A stretch of 64,000 nucleotides of DNA from Amoebidium appalachense (taxonomy: Eukaryota > Protista > Ichthyosporea): contig CAVNZM010000012.1 in assembly GCA_963693365.1 (NCBI GenBank), positions 8,064,001-8,128,000 on the forward strand, given 5' to 3'. Position numbers and translations under genes: made by a program. The notes beneath the pieces are model-generated. The model was not told the DNA's origin. It searched no databases and saw nothing but the letters and a program-made list of their open reading frames with translations. Shown piece after piece: positions 28,114-62,530 of the stretch; position 1 is the first letter of the stretch, and each line of letters starts with the position of its first letter.

Positions 28114-28200
28114 CTATTAGTAAGGCGTGTGGAGTTGCTTTAACTATTAGTAAGGCGTGTGGGGTTGCTTTAACCATTAGTAAGGCGTGTGGGGTTGCTT
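28114..28200. repeat. 30-bp minisatellite, ~3 copies
   Basis: c(t/c)attagtaaggcgtgtgg(a/g)gttgctt at 28114, 28144, 28174. Confidence 0.9.
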
Positions 28201-29029
28201 CCTGGATTACAAGCGCTCTCCTCTACGTCTCAGTACAGTCTACGCCTAGATTCGAAGGTGTCTGTTCAAGAGAGTCATATCTAGTGGTAATAACTACGGC
28301 GGAAGTGTTATGACAATCGGTAGGAACCGGGGCTAATTGATAACACGTGTAAGGCGAAGAATTGTCCACAACCAGAAGAAAATGAGGGGTGGGGGAGCAG
28401 GAGGGCGGAGGAGGTGTAACATAGCTCCTCTGCTGAGTCTCCCCATCTTCCCCACCATCCACTCCCTTATGCGTGTCCCCCCCCCTCCCCCCCCCCCCCC
28501 CCCCCCCCCTTCCCCCCTCTTCCCACTGAGACTCCAAAAACATTGGGAAAATCAAATGTGGCCCATTTATGTGTTAGTGGCAACGCATGTGTATTATTCA
28601 ATGACTCAGGTGCGACAGTAGCCAACTCAAAGGTGCACAACGTTGTACTATTAGGACGTACGTGTCCGTTTTTTTGCTGCAATATGGCGCGTGCGTCAGA
28701 CTCTTGTGCGTATTACCATATGCATGAGCACACGGACGATCAGTTTCGGGGTTATTAAGGGGGTGTTTCCAGGTGTGTGTGTGAGCTCTGGGCCGCTTGT
28801 CTGTGCAATGCGTGCGAACGGGTAATGTGGGTATGTGTACAGGTGTGTACACGTGTTCAAAGGCGTGGGCGTGAGTGCACCTCTGCACACAGAGTGTGTG
28901 TGCATGTATATGCGTGTTGCAATTGTTTACAAATTGGAGGGGGGGGAGGGGTTAGGAGGGAGGAGGGAGGGGGGTTGGCACAACTGGGTGAATCGGTTGG
29001 GGCAATGCAGGAGGGGGAGGAGGGGTTAC

Positions 29030-29187
29030 TGAAGGCGTAGGCGGAATCTGGCCTGGAGACACAACACCCCGGTTCTTAGGCGGCAGAATGCCCTCCGCTG
29101 GATAGCTGCCCGAGCATGGGCTTGGGTGGTGATGACGGCAGAGAGGGTGTGGAGATAGGCCTGGCGCCGCTGGTGGCCTCGAATACG

Positions 29188-29190
<3 letters not shown>
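29030..29190 (-). pseudogene. Orphan exon-like segment encoding three IQ (calmodulin-binding) motifs, myosin-neck-like
   Basis: RRIRGHQRRQAY..TQAHARAAIQRRAF..LQARFR with exact 23-aa periodicity; donor-like ca|gtaacc at its end; the upstream (CA)n lacks an AG; no parent gene identified. Confidence 0.55.
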
Positions 29191-29242
<52 letters not shown>

Positions 29243-29903
29243 GCCACGTGGTGTGGCCCCACATGCCACCTCCGTGGATGGTTTTGCTAAAATCTGCATG
29301 TGTGAGCTCAACTGCCTAAGCCCCCCCCCTGGTCCTTAAAAATTTGTGTGTGCAAAGTTAATATGCAAATATTTTTATTATAATGCAAATATTTTATAAA
29401 ATGTATTTGCATATAATTTTATTTATAAATATGCGAGTACTGGGTATGGTTGCCTAATGCAACACTTCTTAAATAACAGAGTTGGCAGTGGTAGTCAGGC
29501 TCTGTACTAAAAATAACATATGGCAGCTACATTATGCAACACACGCATACAGTCTACGATATCATGGAATAGTGTTCTCGGGCGAATTGCCGTCATTTCA
29601 CTTATTTTTTGAAACCCCCCTTCCCCCCTCCCCCCACCCCCCCCCCCACCCACCCCCCCACCCCCCCCTTCCCCCGGAATAGGCATTTTTAAAGCTTGCA
29701 GCGCATGCTGGGGGCCTCATACTGGAATCCGATAGGTTAATTAAGCATCTATGACATGAGTATGGAATCTAGCGTACCTTAAATATAATTTTCGGCTCAT
29801 CATTTCCATCATTTTCGAATTTGAATACAACAGCATGTGAAGTTGGGACTCGCTACGGTGCGGGTGGTAAATTAATTTAAATGGTGGGGTGGTGGTGGTG
29901 GTG

Positions 29904-30034
<131 letters not shown>

Positions 30035-30672
30035 GGGGGGAGGGGTGGAGAGAGGAGGGGAAGCTTCGGAGGGAGAGCGGGAGCTTCCCCGGTGACACTG
30101 TGATATGTCGTGGGAGTATTGGTGCCGGATCTTGTCCGGTGTGTGGTGATGGTGCTATATTAGGTGGCTTTAGCTGGTGGTGGCCGGTGGTGGTATTTTT
30201 ATTTTATCCCGTTTTGTTCCCGGAGGACCTCTTGGGCCCCCAGGGGGAACTACCGTCTTCCACCCAGCACCAACAGTACTCTAGCTAGGGTGCTACGGTA
30301 TTATTAGCTAAACTAACACACCTTTCAACAATATATATTAGTAACTATTTGCACACACTTAGCCCAGGGTATACGTAATCACCCCAGCCACGCCGGTGGG
30401 TAGCACCAGGCTTCCCCTCCACTCAACACTTACAAATAAACTTTAAAAACGGGCTCTCATTGGTTCGTTTAAAGTGGTGGAATGCGTGGTATGGTGTGGG
30501 TGGGGCCCACGGGGGATATGGATGGACTGGGTGGGGTCCCGGTGCCTGGTGGTGGGTATGGTGGTGGGTATGGTGTTACAGGTGGTGGTGGTGATTGCAC
30601 TTGCGTGGAAGCTGGAAAAGGGAAAGGGAAAGGGAAAGAGGGTAGGGTGGGTGGGTGGGTGGGTGGGTGGGT

Positions 30673-30723
<51 letters not shown>

Positions 30724-31199
30724 GGCAGCAGAGATCTGGAAGCTGGCTAGTTTGTTGAAGGCTTTATCCCCTACCCTGAACTTCCAATTTGAATGATTTC
30801 TGAACCAGTCAAGACTGACTCCGGCCGCACTACCATTTGTCCGATATATCGATGTACATACAGTACTATGTAGCTAGTATTCTTTTTTTATGTGAGAAGT
30901 ATATAATAAATTGATGCATATTGTGTTGGTGGCATCTATGAAAACATGTTGCAAGCCGAGAGGACGTCCCTGCGCACGTCACCGCGGGCCCATTCTTGAA
31001 TGATGCTATCAGAACAGCTACCTAATGCATATTTTGTATTGAATGCAATAATAATTACGCAGTAATATGTTCTAATTTATAATCTTTTCAAAAAACAAAT
31101 AGACTACACAAGGACATCAATGGTGGCCTGGGCACTGTAGTCTGTGTGCAAACAACGCAACGGTTTGCTTCGCTCCCACGGTGCTTCCTAAACCAACCA

Positions 31200-31315
31200 A
31201 AAGTTGCTGCTTTCTCAGCATAGCCAATAATAATGCAGGTGGCTCAGAAAGTATGATTGGTTAATCAGTGAGACGTGGCTCATGGAATAGCAACAATCTT
31301 TGTTGATTGGTCAGT
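31200..31315. promoter_or_regulatory. CCAAT-box cluster, possible DPYD promoter region
   Basis: agccaata (~31222), tgattggtt (~31254) and tgattggtc (~31304) in repeat-free DNA upstream of DPYD; no transcription start evidence. Confidence 0.3.
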
Positions 31316-32971
31316 TGTCGGCAGAATTCTTTTCTTGTTGTCTCCTAGACCGAAACGTTGATAAGCACATTTTCACACTTTAGTGAAATACAAAAGGGAT
31401 TTCTTACACAAAATGGGACTTCTTTGGAATAATTGTTTCTAATATAGAGCGTATTTGTGTTATCTGAATTACTTATTACCTTATTAGGGAAGAGAGTGTT
31501 GACAAATAGCTTCACACTTTATGCCATCGTAGTTCCTCGAAGAAGCCAACGGCAACTTGCTCCGGGACTCGTTAAGTGGGGTATAGGGGGATACACTGCG
31601 CAACATTTATCTGCAAAAACGCAACAGAAATGACGTACTTATCGCGCTAGCTAGCAGATAGTGGAAACAGTGAAAAACAGCAAAAACACCCCAACTTTAT
31701 GCACTTCGACGTATGGATGTTCACATGAATAAGACTAAAACTCTCACAAAGCTCAGATGTAACTGACACTTTGGTTTTGTAACTCGAAAAAGTAAGAAAA
31801 GAAAGGGGAAAAGAAAAGTTCCAGGTATGCATATGTTGGGGAAACATCGCTTCCTCTGGGAGTGAATGTCAAGGTGAAAGTTGCGAGGCGTTAAGGGTGT
31901 GGTGGTTTATGTGTGGAAGATGCTAGCGGTTGTAAGTTTGAATGCCTAGCAGAAATGGAAAAGAGCTTGTGGGGGTTCCATCTTTGAGCACACACGCGTG
32001 TGAGTGTGCGAGTTGTGTTTTTGCATGTTCACTTCCTGCGTGTGTTTACGTTGTGCTTTGTCTTTGCTGATAGGCGTTGACCTGCTTCCGTGTGCGTTCA
32101 TCTTTGCGCCTTTATTTTGGCGAGTTTCATTGTATTTATGCACATGTATGTTTGCGCTGTTTGCGAACAATATTCGGTTTGCCTTTAGTGTTTTTCATCA
32201 GAGCCTTCACCTCAGTAGCAGATGCTGTGAGGTTGTTGTCCCAAGTGGCCACGATCATATCACGGCCATTATCTTAAGAGTTTGTCTTGCTTGTACAACT
32301 TTTTATATCTTTTTGGAAAAAAATTTATCGAGAGAGCCTTTCAAATACTTATGCGTGAGCCAAGTCGCTTTACAAAACCATGGATGTGTCCGGATTACCA
32401 CCCGTCAGAAGTTTTGTGGTACTCTAGTTGTAGACTATAAACAACACAGCTAAGACGGGATTTTTGGACTGCTGAGCTTCTGGGAAGGGGGAGGGAGGGT
32501 CCGGGGAGGGAGGGGGGCGGGAGGGGAGGGGGACGGGGGGGGGGAAAGAAGGGGGGGGGGGGGGGGGGGGGGGAGGAAGAGGGCGGGGGGGGGGGGGGGG
32601 AGGGACGGCAGGAGGGGGAGGGGAGGGGAGAAGGAGACGCCTGGGAGGGGGGGGGGGGGGGGGAACTCTTGTACGTTTATATCCTGGGCATATTGTCTGA
32701 GCAAGGGGATGGATTGTGAGAAAGCTCTGGATAAAGCGAACACCAGGAAACGGTTTGAGCAGGCAGGGAAGACGGTGTGGATGGAAAGGCAGAAATGGTT
32801 GGGTGGGTTTCTGGGTAGTTGTGTTTCTGTCAGTGTACGCTTTGGTTTTGCTCGAATGAGAGGAGGAAAGGGTGGGATGGGGGTGGGAGGGTGGGGGGAA
32901 GGTTGGTGGTTTACTGACTGTTTTTGTTATTTCTATTTTCACAGCTCTGTTGTTGAGAACGAGGTTGGAAA

Positions 32972-54789
<21,818 letters not shown>

Positions 54790-55778
54790 GAACCCCTTCT
54801 CCCGTGTTTTCGCCTTCAAGCCCTGTGCGCCCTTGCTATTCTTTTCACTCATAGGGGTGCTTAAGGAGCTTTTTAAGTGTCTATATTCCCGCCTTCTTAG
54901 TGGTTTCTAAAACCTTTTTTTTTCCCGCGCCAAAAGTGCCTATTTTTCCGTTCTTCTCACTAGCCTCTTCAGTGCCATGATCTGTTGATTTGTTTTTCTA
55001 ACAGTACTTGAAGTCTTATTGCACAATTTCTACTGGCTCGCAGCTTGGTTTAACACAGAAGTAAAGCATATTTTAAAAAAGGGAAATGGGGTCAGCCATG
55101 TGCGATCAGTGGGACCCATGCGCATGCACAGTACCGTGATATGACATAGATGCCTGACCGTTCTATGCTTTGTGTGTTTCCATTATGGGTAACTTTGTTA
55201 TATATGTTTATAACTGTATAAATTGTGGTCATATCCCCCCCCCCCCCCCCCCCCCCAATGATTGTATGTGTTTTTAAGACAAAGATGAATCGCTATGGTT
55301 TTAGTGTGAACTGGGTTTTGGTGGTTGGTAGCTCCGCTAAATGCCAGTGGAAGTATCTATATCATTGTTGGGATGTAATCGGAAATTCGTTGATTTTCCA
55401 TAATAAAGGTGAGGCATCGGGAAAGATGCCACAGGTGTATCATAAAGTCATTTGCGGAACTGTTGAATTTCAGAATCGTCGTCAAACTTATTCTGCCCGT
55501 CCGTATGGTTTGTTCTTTATAGTTTCCCCAGCCTACCCGCGTTGGTTCTGTTGATGGCTCAAGACGTATTGGTAGTCCTAGTATGACGTTGTGTTTCCTC
55601 CTTTTTGTTTTAACCGCCTTTATTGAAGTCTCATTCAATATTTCCGCCAGGTTTTATTAAGTTATTTTTTTATTTAAAATATATAGTACCCTCTGTGCTT
55701 TTTTTGCGGCATGTGTGGTTGACTGGTGTTTCAATACTTTCGCCATGTGCATGCAGACGTGCGTGTGTGCGTTGTATA

Positions 55779-55854
<76 letters not shown>

Positions 55855-56180
55855 GCGTGTGCGTGTACGCGTGCGCGTGCACGTGTGTCTGTGTGTGCGT
55901 GTGTACTCTTGTTTGTGTGTGCAGAGGTCGTCTCCTACATTTTGCAATGGCATTGCTCGTTACTAAATGCATATGCAGTGCATTTTTACTGATTCGTAAA
56001 CAGGTCGGCCAGCTGAGAGTATTTCCGAAAATTCTTCTGTTTTTTCACCCTATTTTGAAAATGGTTGCTAGAATGTCGACTAGGAGGCTTATCGTGTGGT
56101 GTGTGTGTGTTTGTGTGCCTGCGCTTGTCCAAACGTGTCCGTCTGTGTGCGTATGCCATGTCTTTGGGGTGGGGGCGGGG

Positions 56181-56215
<35 letters not shown>

Positions 56216-56435
56216 TACCACGAGGGTGGGGTGTAAAGAGGGTTAACATTTGTCTCCCTCAGTGCTGCTCGGCTGAGAGTTAATTCCACACATGCATTTA
56301 TACCACTTGGGTCTACTCAATCATCCCGAATCCTTGTTTCTTTGCTCTCAATAAGTGCTCTTTGCCAATCATGACATATGCACATGATGTGTGTAGTTGC
56401 ACATGCCGTCTGTTTTGCGTGTTGTGCGACACCAT

Positions 56436-56481
<46 letters not shown>

Positions 56482-57457
56482 CCCCCCCCCTCCTCCCCCC
56501 CCCCCCCCTCCCCCTCTTCCCCCCCCCACCCCCCACCCCACCTTCCCCCCCCCCCCCTTCTCCCCCGGAGGAGGAAGGGAGCGGGGGCGACGGGGAGAAG
56601 AGGGGGGATTCTCTGGGTATTTCACAATGGAAAGACACCCAAATTTTAGTTGGCGGTACATCGTCATGTTACACTAGTCTTTTGTTTTGTTATTAAAGGA
56701 ACAATGTCATATGTATGGCTATTTATCCCCTACACCTAGAAGCACTTATTGTATGACATAAGCAATGAATATTCATGATGACGTATCAGTGGCTATCAGT
56801 TCTACACCAAACGGCAACACATATTAGCCCCTATAAGATGTCCCAGTTTAGCCCAATCGTTTGTCATTGTGTTATGTGTACATGACCACATGCCGTATCA
56901 GACGCCCATGCCGTCAAAGTGCGGGCATACTGTACAGGATCAATCATGGTTTGTGTGTGTACGGTGTATACATCTATGGTCTCGAGTATGTGTGCACATG
57001 CACGCGTCTGTAAATTGTGTGTAGATCAGGGGAGATACGTAGAAGGGGAAGGGCGGGGGGAAGGGGGGAGGGGGGGGGGAGAGGGGGGACGGGGGCCGGG
57101 GACAGGGGGGGGGGGGGGGGGAGGGGGCAGGAAGGGGGATGGGAGTGGGAACCGGAAGGGGGGAAGGGGCATTTGGAGGGGGGCACTCTTTCCCACGAGC
57201 CCGAAGGCAGGAGCCTCATGGGAATTATGGGAAGGGAAAGCTCCACCATGTTTGGTAAATTTGCCACCAAAGCATCACCTGATTCCTAACTAAAATATTA
57301 GCTCCTGGGCAACCCCTTCCTCTCCTCAAATAAGCACATAGCCTACAGCCTACTATGATACAGTAACTGCAGTTCAACAACATTGATCAGTCAAACTACC
57401 CTCTGAGTCTCTCCGTTGTGGTCAGACACGTTGAACTCCGTCCCCGACCGGCCAGAT

Positions 57458-57488
<31 letters not shown>

Positions 57489-57809
57489 CCCCTCCCCCCC
57501 CCCCCCCCCCCCCCCCCCCCGCCCGGACCTAACTTATTGACTCCCTCCCGAAGCCCCCCCACCTCCCCCACTCCCCTCCACCCCCGGCGACTCCACCTTT
57601 TTTCCTTTCCCCATTTCTGTTACAGTACTTTGAATATCTACGGCGCAAATGAATCACACGTGGGTAATGCCATCCTTTTCTCCCTTTAAAATGTTTTCTG
57701 TTTGGTGTTTCTCATCCCTTCCTCCGCCTCTCCCCCCCCCCCCCGGGTCCCTCCCTTGCCCTTACCCCCCTCCCCCCTCTCCCCCCAGGGTCTCCCCTTT
57801 CTTCCCCTT

Positions 57810-57846
<37 letters not shown>

Positions 57847-58169
57847 ACACACACACACACACTCACACAGCCCCCACACCTTACCCCCGTGACCCCCCGA
57901 GGTTCGTCCATACTTCCCGGTTTTGTTCAAACTTCATTGGGCGAGCCTGGCCCCACCCTCGCGCCTCCAGTTGCCAGCAGGATTTATAGTGTCCCAATTG
58001 CCACCAATCCAGACGCTACATTCCAAGCCGAAATCTGCCTGCCAGTACCATTTGCAATTGCTTAATAGGGTGATTCGATACGGCGAACGCGAAAATTGTT
58101 TGTGACACTGTGGTTGTTAACGCGCCTGCAGGGGCCCGCGTGTGTATTTCTGCTTTTTTTTTTTTTTTT

Positions 58170-58229
<60 letters not shown>

Positions 58230-59569
58230 GAAGACGGGGCAGATCGAAGATACCGTCGTACGCGTTTTAAAAAAATAATTAAGGGGTGTGTGGGTGGGTT
58301 AAGTAGGATGCTGTTGTTTAGGGAGGGAAGGAAGGGGGCTCGAAATGCACACTTGAGCTCGAAGCACACACATGCACCACGGACAAACCGCACGCAACAC
58401 ACCCCATGTTTTACAACTTGCGCCCATCAAGAATACACGTCATAAGCAGGGCGCTCCCGGGCTCGAGGTGGCGGGGCGCCAGGCCCGGGGAGGGGCAGGG
58501 CCGGGAAGGCAGGTGGGGTGTGGGGGGGTTGTGTTCTATCCCCCCCCCCCCCCCCTCCGTGTTCTATCCCCCCCCCCCCCCCCCCCCCCCCCACACACAC
58601 ATACATTACCGTACCCACATCTACACGGGAAATGTAGCATTCAACTGACGCTGGCTGATCATGGGTCCATAAATGCGGACACTTACCTTTAATAATACCT
58701 GCAAACGTTACCCCTGTCAGCCAGGGTGTACGTATACATGTTAAAGCAGTACCATTAAAGACACCCTGCCAGCACCTGCACCCTAAAAACAAGACAAGGA
58801 TACTGTGCCTTAGCTTTTGGGAACACACTTACCTAAGCACAGGTCAGGATGATGTTGAAGAGTGTTAAATAAATGCAAAATATAAAACACCAATGACGTG
58901 GCTTTGAAATATATTAAATTTCATTCGTCCAAAAAGCGCCAAGGATAGAAAACATTGGTAACATTGGTTACGCTTGCGCTATCATGTACATACATGTAAA
59001 TTGGACTGTAGTGGTTGTGGTAACACCACAATATACCTCACAAAGAAAATTACATAATTTCTAAAGTACATGGTAATCTGTCTGGGAGTCTCCTATCTGC
59101 AAACAAAAAGAAAACCATGCATAAAAGCACAACACGTCTAAGACACTACACACATTCACACTTTAACCCAAACCAACATGCCGTTAACAAAACAGTTCCA
59201 TAAGCCCTATGTCCATCTCAAATGGTTACAGAATGGAAATGTCAGGACACAAGAATATGAGTAGCTAAGGGCTAAACGAACGAAGGGCGGTGGTTAGTAT
59301 GCATACGTGTGTGTGTATGTGTGCGTGCGTGCGAGTGCGCACTTGTGCATGTATTTGTGCATGCTGGTGCATGTGCACCGTGAGTATACGTGCATGTTTG
59401 CCTGCCTAGGTCTACATGGGTCCTACATACAGATGCAAGGAGGGGATGGGGGGGGGGGGAGGGGGGGGGAGAACAGAGCGCGCGAGAGAACGGGGGGAGG
59501 AGGGGTGGGGGCCTGGGAACACTGGACCCAAGGCAAGAAATCACCTCCAGACACAAAAGTTAACACTCA

Positions 59570-60189
59570 TTAAAAGCCACTGTGCTCTAAATACGTTGAA
59601 AAGCCACTGCGCATTAAATCCGGTTCAGCTGCAAACGGCATACTCTCAATGTTTGCCTCATTCACACCCCTTCTAATACGGAAATACCCCTGCTCACCCC
59701 ACTCAACACCGTAGGAGTTTTTGACAATCCAATACTTTTCGCCCGTTAAATCATCCTCGCCGTAACCTACGATCAAAACCGCGTGATTAACCAATCCGTA
59801 CGGGTTATCTCTAACGTAATCGGGAACCTCCCCCGTATGGCGATATATCCCAGATTGATAATGCTTTATGTCGTCATAAGAATAAAAGTCCACAACGATT
59901 GGCCCGCGCCTAGCAACCTCTTGCACCATCAATTCCTCATTTCCCGCGCCATAGAACCCACCCAGGAAATAATAGTCTCCGGTGTAGAATTTCCGGCAGG
60001 ATGCCCGTGCTGTTGCGTTGCACTCGGTATTTTTGGCCTGGTACGGGGCACATTCCTCTTCCACCAATCCGAAATCCCGACCATATTTTCCTGTAAATGT
60101 CGGATATATGGTTAGTGGAAAGAAGAGCGGATCGGGGTGGCAGACGGGTAGGCAGGGGGGAGGAGGGAAGCGAGGATGGGATCGAGGTG

Positions 60190-60224
<35 letters not shown>

Positions 60225-60231
60225 GTATGTT

Positions 60232-60281
<50 letters not shown>

Positions 60282-60505
60282 CCGAGGGAGGTGAAGGAGT
60301 AGGAATGGCCGTAGATATGTTTTAATAAAGACGGCAGAGAAAGGGATGAAATGGACGAAAGGACCGGGGGTGTGGGGCGTGGGAGGGAGGAGGGGGCAGA
60401 GCAATAAAGAGAGGGATAGAGGGATCAAAGACAGACAGGGGGAGAAAAAGAGATGTCAAAAGAGGGAGAGGGAGAGGGAAAGACACCCACACGCACACGC
60501 ACACA

Positions 60506-60565
<60 letters not shown>

Positions 60566-60949
60566 TGCACTCATACACACACAGACACACACACATTTTC
60601 CGGAGGGAGAGGGGGTCAGTTATGCAATCATCAAGTGTTCGTTGGTTCAGCTGTGTTACACAACACCTGCCATGTTTCATTTTGAGCACATTATGTGCAG
60701 CAAAAGCACACATTGCCTCCTTCTCTCCCTCAAGAACCGCGTCTCACTGGTTACATTTCCTCCATGCCCCCCCCCCCCCCCCCCCCCCCCCTCCTCCTCC
60801 CCCCTATTCCGAAAATCTAACTCCACCAAAAGTCGTTCAAAAACCATCGCCTTACAGCCTCCCCCCCCCCCCCCCCCCCTCCCCTCCTCCCCCCTATTCC
60901 GAAAATCTAACTCCACCAAAAGTCGTTCAAAAACCATCGCCTTACAGCC

Positions 60950-61022
<73 letters not shown>

Positions 61023-61119
61023 CCCTTTTGAGGGCATCCACCCTCAACAGAAACAATTAAAAAAAAATCCCCCCTTCCCCCCCCCCCCCCCCCACCCCCC
61101 CTCTTCCCCCCACCCCTTC

Positions 61120-61168
<49 letters not shown>

Positions 61169-61177
61169 CTTCACCAA

Positions 61178-61220
<43 letters not shown>

Positions 61221-61252
61221 CCCAGTCTTTCTTTGACGCGCGCACGCGCGCG

Positions 61253-61302
<50 letters not shown>

Positions 61303-62394
61303 CGCACAGAATCACCCAAAAAACTTGAAACTCTCCCCTGCCCCCCAAAGAAAAAAAAAAAAAAAAACCCCGACAACAAACTTACCCCCAGCCAAGTAGG
61401 CAAAACCACCTTGACAACCTTGAGAGTAGTTCGAACACGCGATGATGTCTTGCACTGAAAAAATGGGCTGGACGGTTTTGTTCGTAGCCAGCTGCCACCG
61501 AGACTCCATCAGCGCCATGGCGGAAAACGCAAAACATGACGCACATGTTGTCTGTGCACGAACAGGTGTTACGTAGCTTACTCCATTTACATCTCTCCAG
61601 TCCATATGCCTGGGTAGACCTCGAGTGTCTATCTCAATACGAGCTGTTTCTCGGTCGAATGCACCAAATGTCGTGTCGGATGTGTGGATGGGCCGATTTC
61701 TGTTACAGTTGTGGTATTGCTCCCGGATCCTGTCTATCCTATCTGCTATTTCCTTCGGATACTCTACTGCTTTCCAGCGGGGGTGTGACTTCTCGTTAAC
61801 TCTCACCACAAAATTCCCTTTTCTCGATTCTTTGAATAAATGTCGCCCACCAGATCCCATATTGCCCACCCTTGCCATCCCCTTCACACCCTCAAGCGTT
61901 TTCCTATCCAAGAAAGAGTTTACAAACGAAGGAGGAACGACAATCTTCGAAGCGTTCGCACGTTTCGGATCCGCTAACACTGCATTATAGCAGCCCCATC
62001 TCTTACCGTCTTCATCATGCACCCATCCAGCAAGAGTTTGGCCACACCAGCAACGACTCTTTCTCCCCTCCAAATGTTCCCATCTTGGAAAAGCGAAAAA
62101 AACCCTTCCAGAAAGAAACAGCTCAAATCCTTGGTTGTATACCATAGTCCATCTCCCCTTTCTACCGAAGAAATCTAGTGCAATGTTAGGGTGTGAAAGG
62201 GTGACCCTTAAAACAGAAGTATAGTTGTAGCTGATGCTACAGTTAACATCATTTTCATGGTTTTGTGTGCCTAAGAAAAAATCCCAATCTCCAAGAACAT
62301 CAGACACCGTGCAGTTCGTGGGAACGTCGCCAAGAGCACAGCCGCACAGCAAAGCACACAGAAAGAGCGATATTCTTAGAAAGCCTCCTGTCAT
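59570..62394 (-). CDS. CTSC: Cathepsin C / dipeptidyl peptidase I, 2 exons (62394-61386, 60090-59570)
   Basis: Signal peptide, then exclusion domain [17 protein letters not shown]; [12 protein letters not shown]; QTTCASC; phase-1 GT-AG join gives YLAG|[12 protein letters not shown]; NHAVL; WIVKNSYG; [11 protein letters not shown]. Confidence 0.93.
60794..60950. repeat. Two-copy 90-bp tandem duplication bounded by poly-C in the CTSC intron
   Basis: ctattccgaaaatctaactccaccaaaagtcgttcaaaaaccatcgccttacagcct at ~60804 and ~60894. Confidence 0.9.
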
Positions 62395-62522
62395 TTTTCA
62401 TGTTGGTGCCGATTGCGGGACAAAAACAAACAAACAAACAAAAAAAAAATTTGAAAACCGAACGACCAGGCGGCCGGGACAAGCCTTCACAGGCTGGGAC
62501 GGTCACCACCTCAAATCACAAA

Positions 62523-62530
62523 TGACGTCA
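62523..62530. promoter_or_regulatory. Perfect CRE palindrome TGACGTCA ~130 bp upstream of the CTSC ATG
   Basis: Exact motif match in a promoter-proximal position; function inferred. Confidence 0.35.

Noticed and set aside
28114-28200. CRISPR-like 30-bp repeats (also 52808-52915)
   Set aside because: No spacers, no cas genes, eukaryotic context.
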